Assembly (NCBI GenBank): GCA_903932155.1
Contig: CAIZFH010000285.1
Location: 1,351 to 65,350, forward strand
Direction of reading: 5' to 3'
Length of the DNA: 64,000 nucleotides
From: an uncultured Granulicella sp.
GTDB taxonomy: Bacteria; Acidobacteriota; Terriglobia; Terriglobales; Acidobacteriaceae
Position numbers and translations under genes: made by a program. Shown here one piece after another: positions 15,805 through 25,477 of this stretch (position 1 is the stretch's first letter; each line of letters starts with the position of its first letter). The notes beneath the pieces were generated by a model. The model was not told where the DNA came from and searched no databases. It saw only the letters and a program-made list of their open reading frames with translations.

Positions 15805-17244
15805 ATGCGGTCTCTGCTGGTTGTATTGCTCTTTTGCCCAGCGGCAGGCGAGGTCGCGGCACAGGCCTCGGGTTCACCGGCCCAAGAGACAGCGCATTCG
15901 ACAAGTGTGCAGCCTAAGCCGCATGCCGCTGGCCAGCCAGAATCTCTGACGATGTTTCCTCATCTCGACGGCACGCGGTATTACATCGCCGGACAGGCCA
16001 ACATCATCTTCCAGGCACATGGGCCGTTCCACTCGCCGTATGAGGGTATGAACAGCATGCTGGGGCGGGGGGAGTACAAGACGTCGCTGATCGGCACGCT
16101 GTATATGGGCGCGGAGCTGGTGCGAAACCCGGCGCGCCATCTGGAGGCTATCTACGACGAAGAGTCTGCCGGTGGGCGCGGCATCAGCGAAGCACTGGGG
16201 CTGGCAGGATTTACAAATCTGGACGTTGTGCGCAATCCCAATCTGGGCCCCACGCCTTATATGGCACGCGTGCAGTTGCATCAGACAATTGGCTTCTCAA
16301 GCAAGAGGGTGGATGCGGCGCGCGGACCGTTCTCGCTGGCGACCGAGGTGCCCGAGCGGCGGCTGGAGCTGCGCGTGGGCAAGATAGGGTTGCCGGATTT
16401 CTTCGACCTGAACAGCATCGGCACCGACAGCCACTTGCAATTTATGAACTGGACGGTGGACAACAACGGCGCATGGGACTACGCCGCCGACACACGCGGC
16501 TATACCTACGCCGCCATAGTGGAGTATGACGATAAGTACTGCTCCGCGCGCTACGGGCTGGCGTTGATGCCGACGGTAGCCAATGGGATCGATCTCGACT
16601 GGAGCCTTAAACGCACCAGCGGTCAAAACATGGAGTTCGAGTGGCGTCATGGCCTGCTGGGCGGACTGCTATCGCCTGAACACAAGGGAGTGATCCGCCT
16701 GTTGGGCTACGTCAACCATGCCAACATGGGCCTCTATCGTGCGGCGAATGCGGCGTATCTGGTGGGAGTGGACATGACGCCGGACATTACGAAGCATGAG
16801 ACGTTTGGCGCGGTGAAGTACGGCTTCGGCATGAACACCGAGCAGGAGCTGACAGCGGACCTGCGCGTCTTCGGACGTTTCGGATGGAACGAGGGGCAGC
16901 ACGAAAGCTACGCGTACACCGAAGTGGATCAGACAGTTGAACTGGGCGGCGACTTTGCGATCAGGCAATGGGGACGCGCCAGCGACAAGGTTGGGATGGC
17001 GTTCGTCTCGAATGCCATCAAGCGTGACCACCAGGAGTACTTGAAACTGGGCGGGGTAGGATTCTTGCTGGGCGATGGCAAGCTGAACTACGCGCGCGAA
17101 GACATTTTTGAGGGCTACTACACGCTGCATACCTGGCGCGGCCTTTACTACGCGCTGGATGCGCAGTACATTGTCCATCCCGGCTACAACCAGGAACGCG
17201 GGCCGGTACTGGTGGAGAGCGTGCGGATGCACGTGGACTTCTAG
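15805..17244 (+). CDS. carbohydrate-selective porin, OprB family
   Basis: FMNWTVDNNGAWDYAADTRGYTYAAIVEY and the overall beta-barrel pattern. Start chosen at ATG 15805 for the signal peptide MRSLLVVLLFCPAAGEVAAQA. The ORF is open from 15637, so the start is uncertain. Confidence 0.75.
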   Translation: MRSLLVVLLFCPAAGEVAAQASGSPAQETAHSTSVQPKPHAAGQPESLTMFPHLDGTRYYIAGQANIIFQAHGPFHSPYEGMNSMLGRGEYKTSLIGTLYMGAELVRNPARHLEAIYDEESAGGRGISEALGLAGFTNLDVVRNPNLGPTPYMARVQLHQTIGFSSKRVDAARGPFSLATEVPERRLELRVGKIGLPDFFDLNSIGTDSHLQFMNWTVDNNGAWDYAADTRGYTYAAIVEYDDKYCSARYGLALMPTVANGIDLDWSLKRTSGQNMEFEWRHGLLGGLLSPEHKGVIRLLGYVNHANMGLYRAANAAYLVGVDMTPDITKHETFGAVKYGFGMNTEQELTADLRVFGRFGWNEGQHESYAYTEVDQTVELGGDFAIRQWGRASDKVGMAFVSNAIKRDHQEYLKLGGVGFLLGDGKLNYAREDIFEGYYTLHTWRGLYYALDAQYIVHPGYNQERGPVLVESVRMHVDF

Positions 17245-17252
17245 AGTTTCCA

Positions 17253-17294
17253 GGTTCTAGGTGCTAGGTTCGAGGTTGAGGCAACGGGAAGACC
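17253..17294 (+). repeat. heptad microsatellite GGTTCTA GGTGCTA GGTTCGA GGTTGAG GCAACGG GAAGACC
   Basis: Direct reading. Ends 13 nt before the prepilin peptidase GTG. Confidence 0.75.
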
Positions 17295-17307
17295 GTATAC
17301 TTCATGC

Positions 17308-18252
17308 GTGACATTGCTTTACCAATACGAGCTGCTCGGATTTGTTCTTGGACTGCTGTTTGGCAGCTTTCTGAACGTGTGCATCTCGCGGCTACCGGCG
17401 CGCCGCTCCATCGTGAAGCCGCGCTCACACTGCTCGGCTTGCGGCCATCACATCCGCTGGATCGACAATCTGCCAGTGTTGAGTTGGATGATGTTGCGTG
17501 GGCGCTGCCGGGACTGCAAAGCACGAATTTCGTGGCGCTATCCAGCAGTGGAACTGCTCACAGGGCTGTGGTTTCTTAGGTTTTTTTCTGATACATACGA
17601 CATCTTTGCGGGGACCGCTAACACAGACCTTCTGTTATGGATTTGGTGGGGTCAACATTGGACCCTCCTTCTAAGCCAGTTCATCCTCGGCTTTTTGCTG
17701 ATTGGGCTAATGGTGATGGACTGGCAGACGCAGCGGCTGCCGGATGCGTTCACGCTGACCGGGATCGGCATCGGCTTCTTGCTGACCTGCGTGCAGGCGT
17801 TCTTTCTGGCACCGGGCGAGGGTGACATTGTGCTCGACACGACGCACCAGCTTCGGCTCTCCAGTCCTGGGAGCTTTGCGTCGCAGGGGAACGTCTTTCT
17901 GACCGGCACGGAGGCACTGATTATGGGCCGCTTTGCGGCCATCGCCGGCGCTGCGTTGATTCTGCTCACGGTGCGCTGGGGATACAAGGCACTGCGCAAA
18001 CGCGACGGCATGGGCCTGGGTGATGTGAAACTACTGGCTATGATCGCCGCGTTTCTAGGCTTCAGGGAGACATTGTTGGCCCTGTTTGTTGCTGTACTTG
18101 CGGCCAGTATCTACGGCATCCTATTGCTCGCCCGGCGACAGGCCAGTGGAAACAGCAAACTGCCGCTGGGCAGCTTTCTGGCGGCCGGGGGGCTGTTCAG
18201 CGCACTGTGGGGGCCGCGAATCGTGGAATGGTATGTGAGCTTGCTGCGATAG
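17308..18252 (+). CDS. pilD: prepilin peptidase (A24 family, leader peptidase/N-methyltransferase)
   Basis: FLNVCISRLP, zinc-finger-like CSACGHHIRWIDNLPVLSWMMLRGRCRDCK, and GLGDVKLLAMIAAFLG. Confidence 0.88.
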   Translation: MTLLYQYELLGFVLGLLFGSFLNVCISRLPARRSIVKPRSHCSACGHHIRWIDNLPVLSWMMLRGRCRDCKARISWRYPAVELLTGLWFLRFFSDTYDIFAGTANTDLLLWIWWGQHWTLLLSQFILGFLLIGLMVMDWQTQRLPDAFTLTGIGIGFLLTCVQAFFLAPGEGDIVLDTTHQLRLSSPGSFASQGNVFLTGTEALIMGRFAAIAGAALILLTVRWGYKALRKRDGMGLGDVKLLAMIAAFLGFRETLLALFVAVLAASIYGILLLARRQASGNSKLPLGSFLAAGGLFSALWGPRIVEWYVSLLR

Positions 18253-18298
18253 TAGCTGGCTGCATTGCGCGGAAACAGCCCAGTATGCGTGCTTCTGC

Positions 18299-18327
18299 TT
18301 GACACTTGACCGCCTCAAAACTAGAGT
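18299..18327 (+). promoter_or_regulatory. sigma70-like promoter TTGACA-N17-TAGAGT for the nuo operon
   Basis: Perfect -35 at 18299-18304, a 17-nt spacer, and -10 TAGAGT at 18322-18327, only 12 nt before the nuoA ATG. Confidence 0.45.
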
Positions 18328-18339
18328 CAAAGATGGCGC

Positions 18340-18747
18340 ATGACGAGCTACCCATACATTTGGAACTACCTACCGCTGGCGCTTCATATCGCGGGCGCGC
18401 TGGGCATTGCCGGCGGCATGGTAGCGGCTTCGTACCTCATCGGCAGGCACAGAAACTATCGAACAAAACTTGACCCCTATGAGTGCGGCATGGATCCGGT
18501 GGGCGACTCGCGAGGCCGCTTCTCCGTGCGTTTCTACATGGTTGCGATGCTGTTTATCCTGTTCGACGTGGAGGCTGTGTTCATGCTTCCATGGGCTGTT
18601 ATATTCCGCCGTCTGCCTGGCATTACGGGATCGGCGATGTTCGGCTTCTGGGAGATGCTGGTGTACCTCGGCTTCGTTGCCGTTGGCCTGTTTTATGTGT
18701 GGAAGAAGGGCATTCTGAACTGGTCGTACGACCGGGGAGACCAATAA
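18340..18747 (+). CDS. nuoA: NADH-quinone oxidoreductase subunit A
   Basis: YECGMDPVGDSRGRFSVRFYMVAMLFILFDVE motif; 135 aa. Confidence 0.92.
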   Translation: MTSYPYIWNYLPLALHIAGALGIAGGMVAASYLIGRHRNYRTKLDPYECGMDPVGDSRGRFSVRFYMVAMLFILFDVEAVFMLPWAVIFRRLPGITGSAMFGFWEMLVYLGFVAVGLFYVWKKGILNWSYDRGDQ

Positions 18748-19239
18748 ATGTACGACCCTGCGAGCGCGATCAACGGCAAGACTGACGTCTTCTCGGCTAT
18801 GGCAGAGAACCCCGCCGTGGTAGCGCTGACTGAGCTAGCCGCGGATGCGAAGTTCGACCGCAATGAGCTGACGATAACGGTGGCGCGAGAGAACATAGTC
18901 GCCGCGTGCGAGGCGGTGAAGGCCGCCGGATACAACTTTTTCGAGGACGTGACGGCAGTGGACTGGTATCCGCAGGAGCCGCGCTTCCAGCTTTCGTATC
19001 ACATCGTGTCGCACAGCCTGAAGCAGCGGGTTCGGCTGCGCGTCCTACTGGACTCCAGCGATGCGAGCATTCCATCCATCACTTCGGCATGGCCCTCGGC
19101 AAATTTTTACGAACGCGAGGTCTTCGACCTCTTCGGGATCGATTTTCCAGGCCATCCGCGCCTTACCCGCATTATGATGCCCGAGAACTGGCAAGGCCAT
19201 CCGCTGCGCAAAGACTACCCGGTGGAAGGTTACAGATAA
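18748..19239 (+). CDS. nuoC: NADH-quinone oxidoreductase subunit C
   Basis: ANFYEREVFDLFGIDFPGHP..LRKDYP motif. ATG directly abuts the nuoA stop (TAAATG). Confidence 0.92.
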   Translation: MYDPASAINGKTDVFSAMAENPAVVALTELAADAKFDRNELTITVARENIVAACEAVKAAGYNFFEDVTAVDWYPQEPRFQLSYHIVSHSLKQRVRLRVLLDSSDASIPSITSAWPSANFYEREVFDLFGIDFPGHPRLTRIMMPENWQGHPLRKDYPVEGYR

Positions 19240-19243
19240 GACA

Positions 19244-19278
19244 GGTACGAGGCACAAGGTTCAAGGTAAAGGCAAAGA
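19244..19278 (+). repeat. heptad microsatellite GGTACGA GGCACAA GGTTCAA GGTAAAG GCAAAGA
   Basis: Fills the nuoC-nuoD spacer and ends 4 nt before the nuoD ATG. Confidence 0.75.
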
Positions 19279-19282
19279 CGCT

Positions 19283-20542
19283 ATGGCACCGGTTGCAGCA
19301 CCCGACAGAATCACCCCCGGAGTGGAAGACGTCGTAGCCGACGCGAAGCTGCACGCCGGAATGGGCTCGGGCGAGCACTCCATGGTGCTTAACATGGGCC
19401 CGCAGCATCCGTCGACCCACGGCGTGCTGCGCCTGGTAATTGAACTGGATGGCGAGATTGTGGTGGCGCTTGCCCCGGACATCGGCTACCTGCACACTGG
19501 CATCGAGAAGACATGTGAGGCGAAGTTCTACCAGCAGGTGGTGCCGCTGACCGACCGCATCGACTATCTGTCTCCGATGACCAACAACCTGGCTTACTGC
19601 CTGGCGGTGGAGAAGCTGTTGGACCTGGAGATTCCGGAACGCGCGCAGCTCATCCGCGTGCTGCTGAACGAGATCACGCGCATCCAGTCGCACCTGGTGT
19701 GGCTGGGTACGCATGCCATGGACATCGGCGCGCTGACCATGTTTCTATACTGCTGGCGCGAGCGCGAGGCCACGCTGCGCATCTTCGAGGCGGTCAGCGG
19801 ACAGCGCATGATGACCAGCTACTTCCGCATTGGAGGCCTTGCGCTGGAACCGCCGATGGGATTCTATGAGTCGATCCAGACGTTCCTGGACAGCATGCCC
19901 GCTCACATCGACCAGTACGAAAATCTACTTACCGGCAATCCAATATGGATGGGACGGCTGAAGGGCGTGGGAACGCTCTCAGCGGCGGACGCGATTGCAC
20001 TGGGAGTGACCGGACCTCCGCTGCGCGCCAGTGGCGTGGACTGGGACCTGCGCCGCGATATGCCCTACTCCGGTTACGAAAGGTTCAAGTTTGATGTGCC
20101 AGTGAGCAACGTCGGCGATGTGTGGGCACGCTACACCGTGCGCATGTTGGAGATGCGCGAGAGTGTAAAGATTTGCCTGCAGGCGATGGGCATGCTGAAG
20201 GGAATGACCGGGCCGATTGTGGCCGACGCGCCCAAGATCGTGCTGCCCAACCGCGAGAAGATGAAGACCGAGATGGAGGCTCTGATCCATCACTTCAAAA
20301 TTGTGACCGAGGGATTCGGAGTCCCCGCCGGCGAAGTTTATCAGGCGGTGGAGAGCCCGCGCGGCGAGATGGGATACTACGTCGTCTCGGATGGGACGGC
20401 CAAGCCATATCGCGTGCACATGCGGAATCCGAGCTTTGCAACGTTGCAGGCCCTGGAGACGATGTGCAAAGGACGGCTCATCGCGGATGTGGTCGCGGTG
20501 ATTGGAAGCATTGATATTGTGCTGGGGGAGATCGATCGCTAG
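19283..20542 (+). CDS. nuoD: NADH-quinone oxidoreductase subunit D
   Basis: NMGPQHPSTHGVLRL, YLHTGIEK, ESPRGEMGYYV motifs. Confidence 0.93.
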   Translation: MAPVAAPDRITPGVEDVVADAKLHAGMGSGEHSMVLNMGPQHPSTHGVLRLVIELDGEIVVALAPDIGYLHTGIEKTCEAKFYQQVVPLTDRIDYLSPMTNNLAYCLAVEKLLDLEIPERAQLIRVLLNEITRIQSHLVWLGTHAMDIGALTMFLYCWREREATLRIFEAVSGQRMMTSYFRIGGLALEPPMGFYESIQTFLDSMPAHIDQYENLLTGNPIWMGRLKGVGTLSAADAIALGVTGPPLRASGVDWDLRRDMPYSGYERFKFDVPVSNVGDVWARYTVRMLEMRESVKICLQAMGMLKGMTGPIVADAPKIVLPNREKMKTEMEALIHHFKIVTEGFGVPAGEVYQAVESPRGEMGYYVVSDGTAKPYRVHMRNPSFATLQALETMCKGRLIADVVAVIGSIDIVLGEIDR

Positions 20543-20550
20543 GAGGAGAC

Positions 20551-20736
20551 ATGTTAGGTCCATTGAGTACAGAGGACAGACGACTACAACACGTTGGAAA
20601 ATTGCCTAAGGAGACCAGGGACTATCTGAACTCCAAAAAGCCATCCACGGTACAAGTAATACTTTGGGGACTTTCAGTGTTCGGACTTTTTGGCTGCATC
20701 ATTGTGCAACTGATTCGGGAAATTTTCAGGTCTTGA
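20551..20736 (+). CDS. small single-TM protein inserted between nuoD and nuoE
   Basis: ATG preceded by AGGAGGAG, which overlaps the nuoD stop. C-terminal hydrophobic helix VQVILWGLSVFGLFGCIIVQLI. Low GC (~44%). Confidence 0.5.
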   Translation: MLGPLSTEDRRLQHVGKLPKETRDYLNSKKPSTVQVILWGLSVFGLFGCIIVQLIREIFRS

Positions 20737-20810
20737 TCAATACAGCAGTCCATTGCGAGCTTTTGATCTCGTGGACTTCCCTGCTCCGGTCGTATGCGGC
20801 GGCACACGGG

Positions 20811-21029
20811 ATGAGCAGAGCGCAGCAGGCGGTGATTGAAGTTGGTGTCGATGAGATTGTGGTGCGGTACGGAAGCAAATGGATTCGCTTCACGTACGGT
20901 GAGATGGAATCGAGCGACGGGAACAAATCTCCCTTCGCGCTGAACGAGGACGGAACGGTAACGCTGGACGGTAAGATGGAAGAGATGGACTTTGCAGCCG
21001 AACGGGTAACGCGGGAGTTGATGCAGTGA
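20811..21029 (+). CDS. small acidic hypothetical protein translationally coupled to nuoE
   Basis: 72-aa ORF from ATG 20811. Its stop overlaps the nuoE GTG (GTGA). The track ORF extends to 20664 but that part overlaps the preceding mini-gene. Confidence 0.4.
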   Translation: MSRAQQAVIEVGVDEIVVRYGSKWIRFTYGEMESSDGNKSPFALNEDGTVTLDGKMEEMDFAAERVTRELMQ

Positions 21030-21526
21030 GCACGGTGACCAAATCGATCTTTACACCGGAGTTGGCGGCCTACTTCGACAGGCTTGTGACGGTCTATCCG
21101 CTGAAGCGTTCGGCGCTGATCCCCATGCTGCTTTACTCGCAGGACGAAGTGGGCTACGTGTCGGAGGCTGTGATTCAGGAGATCGCAAAGCGGCTGGACC
21201 TGTTCGATTTGGATGTACGCTCGGTGCTGAGCTACTACTCCATGCTGCGGACGAAGCCCGCGGGCAAGTACAACGTGCAGGTGTGTACCAACATCAGCTG
21301 CATGTTGCGCGGTGGGTACGAGATTCTGGACCACTGTAAGCGGAGGCTGGGCATCGAGCATAAGCAGACCACTGCGGACGGGATGTTCTCGCTGGAGGAG
21401 GTGGAGTGCATCGGCGACTGCTGTTCCGCACCTGCCATGCAGGTGAACTACGAGTTTCACGACGAGTTGACGCCGCAGAAGGTGGACGAAATTCTAGATG
21501 AATACGCCGCGGAGGACAGGAAGTAA
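21026..21526 (+). CDS. nuoE: NADH-quinone oxidoreductase subunit E
   Basis: VCTNISCMLRGG and ECIGDCCSAPAM 2Fe-2S motifs. Confidence 0.92.
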   Translation: MSTVTKSIFTPELAAYFDRLVTVYPLKRSALIPMLLYSQDEVGYVSEAVIQEIAKRLDLFDLDVRSVLSYYSMLRTKPAGKYNVQVCTNISCMLRGGYEILDHCKRRLGIEHKQTTADGMFSLEEVECIGDCCSAPAMQVNYEFHDELTPQKVDEILDEYAAEDRK

Positions 21527-22860
21527 TGCCGCGACTTGTATCCCATCCAGATGAGGTCATCGTATTGAAGCGGCGCTTTGGCCAGGGCGCGGCGAAGATC
21601 GACCGGTACATTGCGCTGGACGGCTACGCGGCGGCGCAGAAGGCCATTGCGCAGGGCAAAGATGCCATGCCGGGATGGATCATCGACACGATGAAGGCAA
21701 GCGGGCTGCGCGGGCGCGGAGGCGCTGGATTTCCAACGGGAATGAAGTGGAGCTTTGTGCCGAAGACCTCTGCCAAGCCGAAGTATGTGCTGGTGAACGG
21801 CGACGAGAGTGAACCGGGAACCTGCAAGGACCATATGCTGTTCCGCGAAGACCCGCACGCGGTGATCGAGGGCACGATAATAGCGGGGCTGGCCATCGGC
21901 GCGAAGACAGGTTTTATCTATCTGCGCGGCGAGTATCGTACTCTGCTGAACATTATGGAGCATGCGGTTGCCGACGCTTACGCGCGCGGTTTCCTGGGCA
22001 AGAACATCTTTGGCTCCGGGCTGGGCTTCGACATTATTACGCAGACGGGCGCAGGCGCGTACGAGGTTGGCGAAGAGTCGGCGCTGATGGAGTCGCTGGA
22101 GGGCAAGCGCGGCGTGCCACGGATACGGCCGCCGTTTCCGGCGGTGGTCGGGCTATATGGCGGGCCGACGATCATCAATAACGCGGAGACCATCGCCAAT
22201 GTGCCGCACATCTTGCTAATGGGCGGAGAGGCCTACTGCCAGCTGGGCTCGGAACGCAATGGCGGGACGCGGCTGTTCAGCATCAGCGGCCATGTGGAGC
22301 GTCCCGGCGTGTACGAGCTGCCCATGGGCTACCCACTGCGCAAGGCGATCTACGAGGTTGCGGGTGGAATCCTTGGTGGCAAAGAGTTGAAGGCTGTAGT
22401 GCCCGGCGGGGCGTCCTGCCCGGTACTGCGCGCCGACGAGATCGACATTGGCCTCGACTTCGACCAGTTGGCCAAGTGCGGATCTATGCTGGGGTCGGGC
22501 GGAATTGTGGTACTCGATGAGACAGTGTCGATCGTTGAGTTCGCGCTGCGCACCATCAAGTTCTATCAGCACGAGAGCTGCGGATGGTGCATTCCCTGCC
22601 GCGAGGGCACTGACTGGATCAAGAAGACGCTGACCCGCGTGTACGAGGGCGGCGGCGCGAAGAAGGACATCGAGACCGTGCAATACGTCGCGGAAAACAT
22701 GATGGGACGGACGTTCTGCCCGTTTGGCGACGCGGCGGCGATGCCCACGCTGGGATTCGTAAAGAAATTTCGCAAAGAATTTGAAGACTATATCGAAGGT
22801 AAGAAGGCAGGCACGCCATTGATGACCGAGGAGCACATTTTGGTTGGTGCTGGACATTGA
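21526..22860 (+). CDS. nuoF: NADH-quinone oxidoreductase subunit F
   Basis: GLRGRGGAGFPTG FMN site, ESCGWCIPCREG 4Fe-4S motif, and a TAATG junction with nuoE. Confidence 0.93.
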   Translation: MPRLVSHPDEVIVLKRRFGQGAAKIDRYIALDGYAAAQKAIAQGKDAMPGWIIDTMKASGLRGRGGAGFPTGMKWSFVPKTSAKPKYVLVNGDESEPGTCKDHMLFREDPHAVIEGTIIAGLAIGAKTGFIYLRGEYRTLLNIMEHAVADAYARGFLGKNIFGSGLGFDIITQTGAGAYEVGEESALMESLEGKRGVPRIRPPFPAVVGLYGGPTIINNAETIANVPHILLMGGEAYCQLGSERNGGTRLFSISGHVERPGVYELPMGYPLRKAIYEVAGGILGGKELKAVVPGGASCPVLRADEIDIGLDFDQLAKCGSMLGSGGIVVLDETVSIVEFALRTIKFYQHESCGWCIPCREGTDWIKKTLTRVYEGGGAKKDIETVQYVAENMMGRTFCPFGDAAAMPTLGFVKKFRKEFEDYIEGKKAGTPLMTEEHILVGAGH

Positions 22861-22874
22861 GCAATCGCGGACTC

Positions 22875-22997
22875 ATGATCGTCATTCTTCTCGTGCTGGT
22901 CTTTGCAGTCTTTGTTCTATGCGTACTGGTCTGCTCCAGAATGCAACACCGAAGCGCCGATCAGCAGATTTTAATTCAGAGGTCTCACCAGAATTGA
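22875..22997 (+). CDS. candidate 40-aa hydrophobic mini-protein between nuoF and nuoG
   Basis: My own translation: MIVILLVLVFAVFVLCVLVCSRMQHRSADQQILIQRSHQN. Below the ORF-track cutoff, low GC, no clear SD. Confidence 0.3.
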   Translation: MIVILLVLVFAVFVLCVLVCSRMQHRSADQQILIQRSHQN

Positions 22998-23020
22998 ACG
23001 CGGCAGGAGCAGGGATTTAG

Positions 23021-25462
23021 ATGGCTGATGTAACCATTACCGTCGATGGCAAGAAGATCACCGCACCCGCGGGCACGCTGCTGATTGAGGTGTGCAAGAC
23101 CGCGGGCATCGAGATTCCTGCCTTCTGCTACTATCCCGGCCTTAGTCTGCAGGCGGCATGCCGCATGTGCGTGGTGCGCCAGGAGAAGGTGCCGAAGCTG
23201 CAGACCGCATGCACAACGCAGATTGCCGAGGGACAGGTCTTTTTCACCGACACGCCGGAGGTGGTGCAGGCGCGCAAGGCCACGCTACAACTTCTGCTGG
23301 GTAACCATCCCCTGGACTGCCCGGTGTGCGATGCGGGCGGCGAGTGCGAGCTGCAGGACATGACCTTCAAGTACGGCGCGGCGGACAGCTTCTATGCCGA
23401 GCCGAAGAACCATCGCGAGGAGCAGAAGTGGTCGCCTGTGGTGTACTTCGACCGGCCGCGCTGCATCCTGTGCTACCGCTGCGTGCGCGTGTGCGGCGAG
23501 GGGATGGATGTGTTCGCGCTGGCTGTGGAGAACCGCGGCTCGTCGTCCATCATTGTGCCGAACGTGCCGGCGCAGCTCGCGCCCGACAACCTGGCGCAAC
23601 TGGACTGCGAACAGTGTGGCATGTGCATTGACATATGCCCGGTAGGTGCTTTGACCAGCGGAACATATCGCTACAAGACACGACCGTGGGAGATGAACCA
23701 CGTTGCCACCGTTTGCACCCACTGCGGCGATGGATGCAAGACGACGCTCGGAGTGCGCTCTACCTCCGATGGATCGCAGATTGTGCGCGGCGACAACCGC
23801 GACAAGTCCGGCATCAACGGTGATTTTCTGTGCAACAAGGGACGCTACGCATTCGACTTCGCCAACAACAGCGAGCGCATCACCCAGCCGCTGGTGCGCC
23901 AGCCCAATGGCGAGCTGAAGCCTGTCAGTTGGGAGGAGGCGCTCACCTATGTGGGTACGAAGTTTGCTGAACTGCTGAACACGCACGGCGGCAGGAGCTT
24001 CGGCGTAATCGGCGGCAACCGCCTGACCAACGAAGAGGCGTACCTGCTGCAGAAGTTTGCGCGCTCCGTGCTACACACCAACAACATCGACCACCATCGC
24101 ACGGCAGACTATGCTGCCTTTGCACAATCCCTGGCCGGCACTGCGGGCCGTGGTGCGTCACTTCGCGATACGCTAATCGCGAAGGCCGTTCTGCTAGTGG
24201 GAGGCGATCCCACCAACCAAAATCCAGCCACTGCGTGGAACCTGCGCAGCAACGTTCGCCACAACGGTGCAAGGCTTTATATTGCGAATATTACGGAAAT
24301 TAAGTTGCGCCGCCAGGCCAGGGCCTTCCTGCATGTGGCGGAATATGGCTACGGCGCGCTGGCCGAGTACCTCGCGGGCGACGACTCTACGTCCAGTTCT
24401 GTGACACCCGATAGCGCAGCTCTGGCCAGCTTCCGCGATGCGCTCAGGAGTGAAGAGTCGCTGCTGATTCTTATCGGCAATGAACTGCGCGGCGCGGAGT
24501 TGAAGCGACTGATCGATTTTGGGTTGACGATTCCAGGTGCTAAGTTTGCCCTGCTGGCTGACTACGCCAATTCACGTGGTGCCGCCGACATGGGCCTGCT
24601 CCCCGACCTACTGCCCGGCTATACACACATTGGACCCATCGACACTGCGGACCCAGCCAGCCGGATTGCACTTGAGTACCACTCGCCCACCTCGCCCGGC
24701 CTCGACCTGTTGGAGATCTTCGACGCCGCCACCGTAGGCAATCTATCCGCGCTTTACGTGGCCGGTGCCAATCCTGTTGCACGCTACGACGTTGATCCGG
24801 CTACCCTCAAGAACACTTTTATTGTAGTGCAGGATATGTTCCTCACTGAGACGGCCGTGCTGGCTGACGTCGTGCTGCCCGCCGCAAACCTATATGAAAA
24901 ATCCGGATGCGTAAGCAACAGTTACGGGGACTTGCAGCAGGTAAAGAAAGCCGCAGACCGCGCTGGCGTGCGCAGCGACTTCGAGATGATCGTGCGCATC
25001 GCCGACAAGATGGGAGCGGATGTTCGCAAGCTGGTCCCGTTTGGTCCTGGCTCCAATTCCGAGGGGATCAGTGCCGACATGGGTCAAACGCGCGGTGCAG
25101 AGTCCGGCGAGGCTGATCGTCACGCCGTTTGGCTAACAGCCAACAACTTGGAGCCGCGCCTCAGTCCCTTCGATCCCAGCGCCATGCTGGACGAAATTCA
25201 GCGGCTTGTTCCGGGCTACAAGCTGCTGCGCCTGCAACTGCTCTCGGGCAACGACCAGCACTTGTCGCCCGCAGCTGTACCCATCCGCGATGACGCGGGC
25301 CTGGTGCAGATCAGCAACCGCCGCGACCTGGTGCTGCCGGCCAACGATACTCTGTTCACCTCCGGCTCGCTCACACGCTACTCCGCGAGCCTCAACGACC
25401 TGCAACAAAACCAGCTGCGGCAACCTATTATCCAGATTGACAACAAGACAGTAGTGGACTAG
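23021..25462 (+). CDS. nuoG: NADH-quinone oxidoreductase subunit G
   Basis: N-terminal 2Fe-2S ferredoxin fold (CYYPGLSLQAACRMC), HPLDCPVCDAGGECELQ, CEQCGMCIDICPVGAL, and a molybdopterin-like domain. Confidence 0.92.
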   Translation: MADVTITVDGKKITAPAGTLLIEVCKTAGIEIPAFCYYPGLSLQAACRMCVVRQEKVPKLQTACTTQIAEGQVFFTDTPEVVQARKATLQLLLGNHPLDCPVCDAGGECELQDMTFKYGAADSFYAEPKNHREEQKWSPVVYFDRPRCILCYRCVRVCGEGMDVFALAVENRGSSSIIVPNVPAQLAPDNLAQLDCEQCGMCIDICPVGALTSGTYRYKTRPWEMNHVATVCTHCGDGCKTTLGVRSTSDGSQIVRGDNRDKSGINGDFLCNKGRYAFDFANNSERITQPLVRQPNGELKPVSWEEALTYVGTKFAELLNTHGGRSFGVIGGNRLTNEEAYLLQKFARSVLHTNNIDHHRTADYAAFAQSLAGTAGRGASLRDTLIAKAVLLVGGDPTNQNPATAWNLRSNVRHNGARLYIANITEIKLRRQARAFLHVAEYGYGALAEYLAGDDSTSSSVTPDSAALASFRDALRSEESLLILIGNELRGAELKRLIDFGLTIPGAKFALLADYANSRGAADMGLLPDLLPGYTHIGPIDTADPASRIALEYHSPTSPGLDLLEIFDAATVGNLSALYVAGANPVARYDVDPATLKNTFIVVQDMFLTETAVLADVVLPAANLYEKSGCVSNSYGDLQQVKKAADRAGVRSDFEMIVRIADKMGADVRKLVPFGPGSNSEGISADMGQTRGAESGEADRHAVWLTANNLEPRLSPFDPSAMLDEIQRLVPGYKLLRLQLLSGNDQHLSPAAVPIRDDAGLVQISNRRDLVLPANDTLFTSGSLTRYSASLNDLQQNQLRQPIIQIDNKTVVD

Positions 25463-25477
25463 AAACTGAGAGACCCC

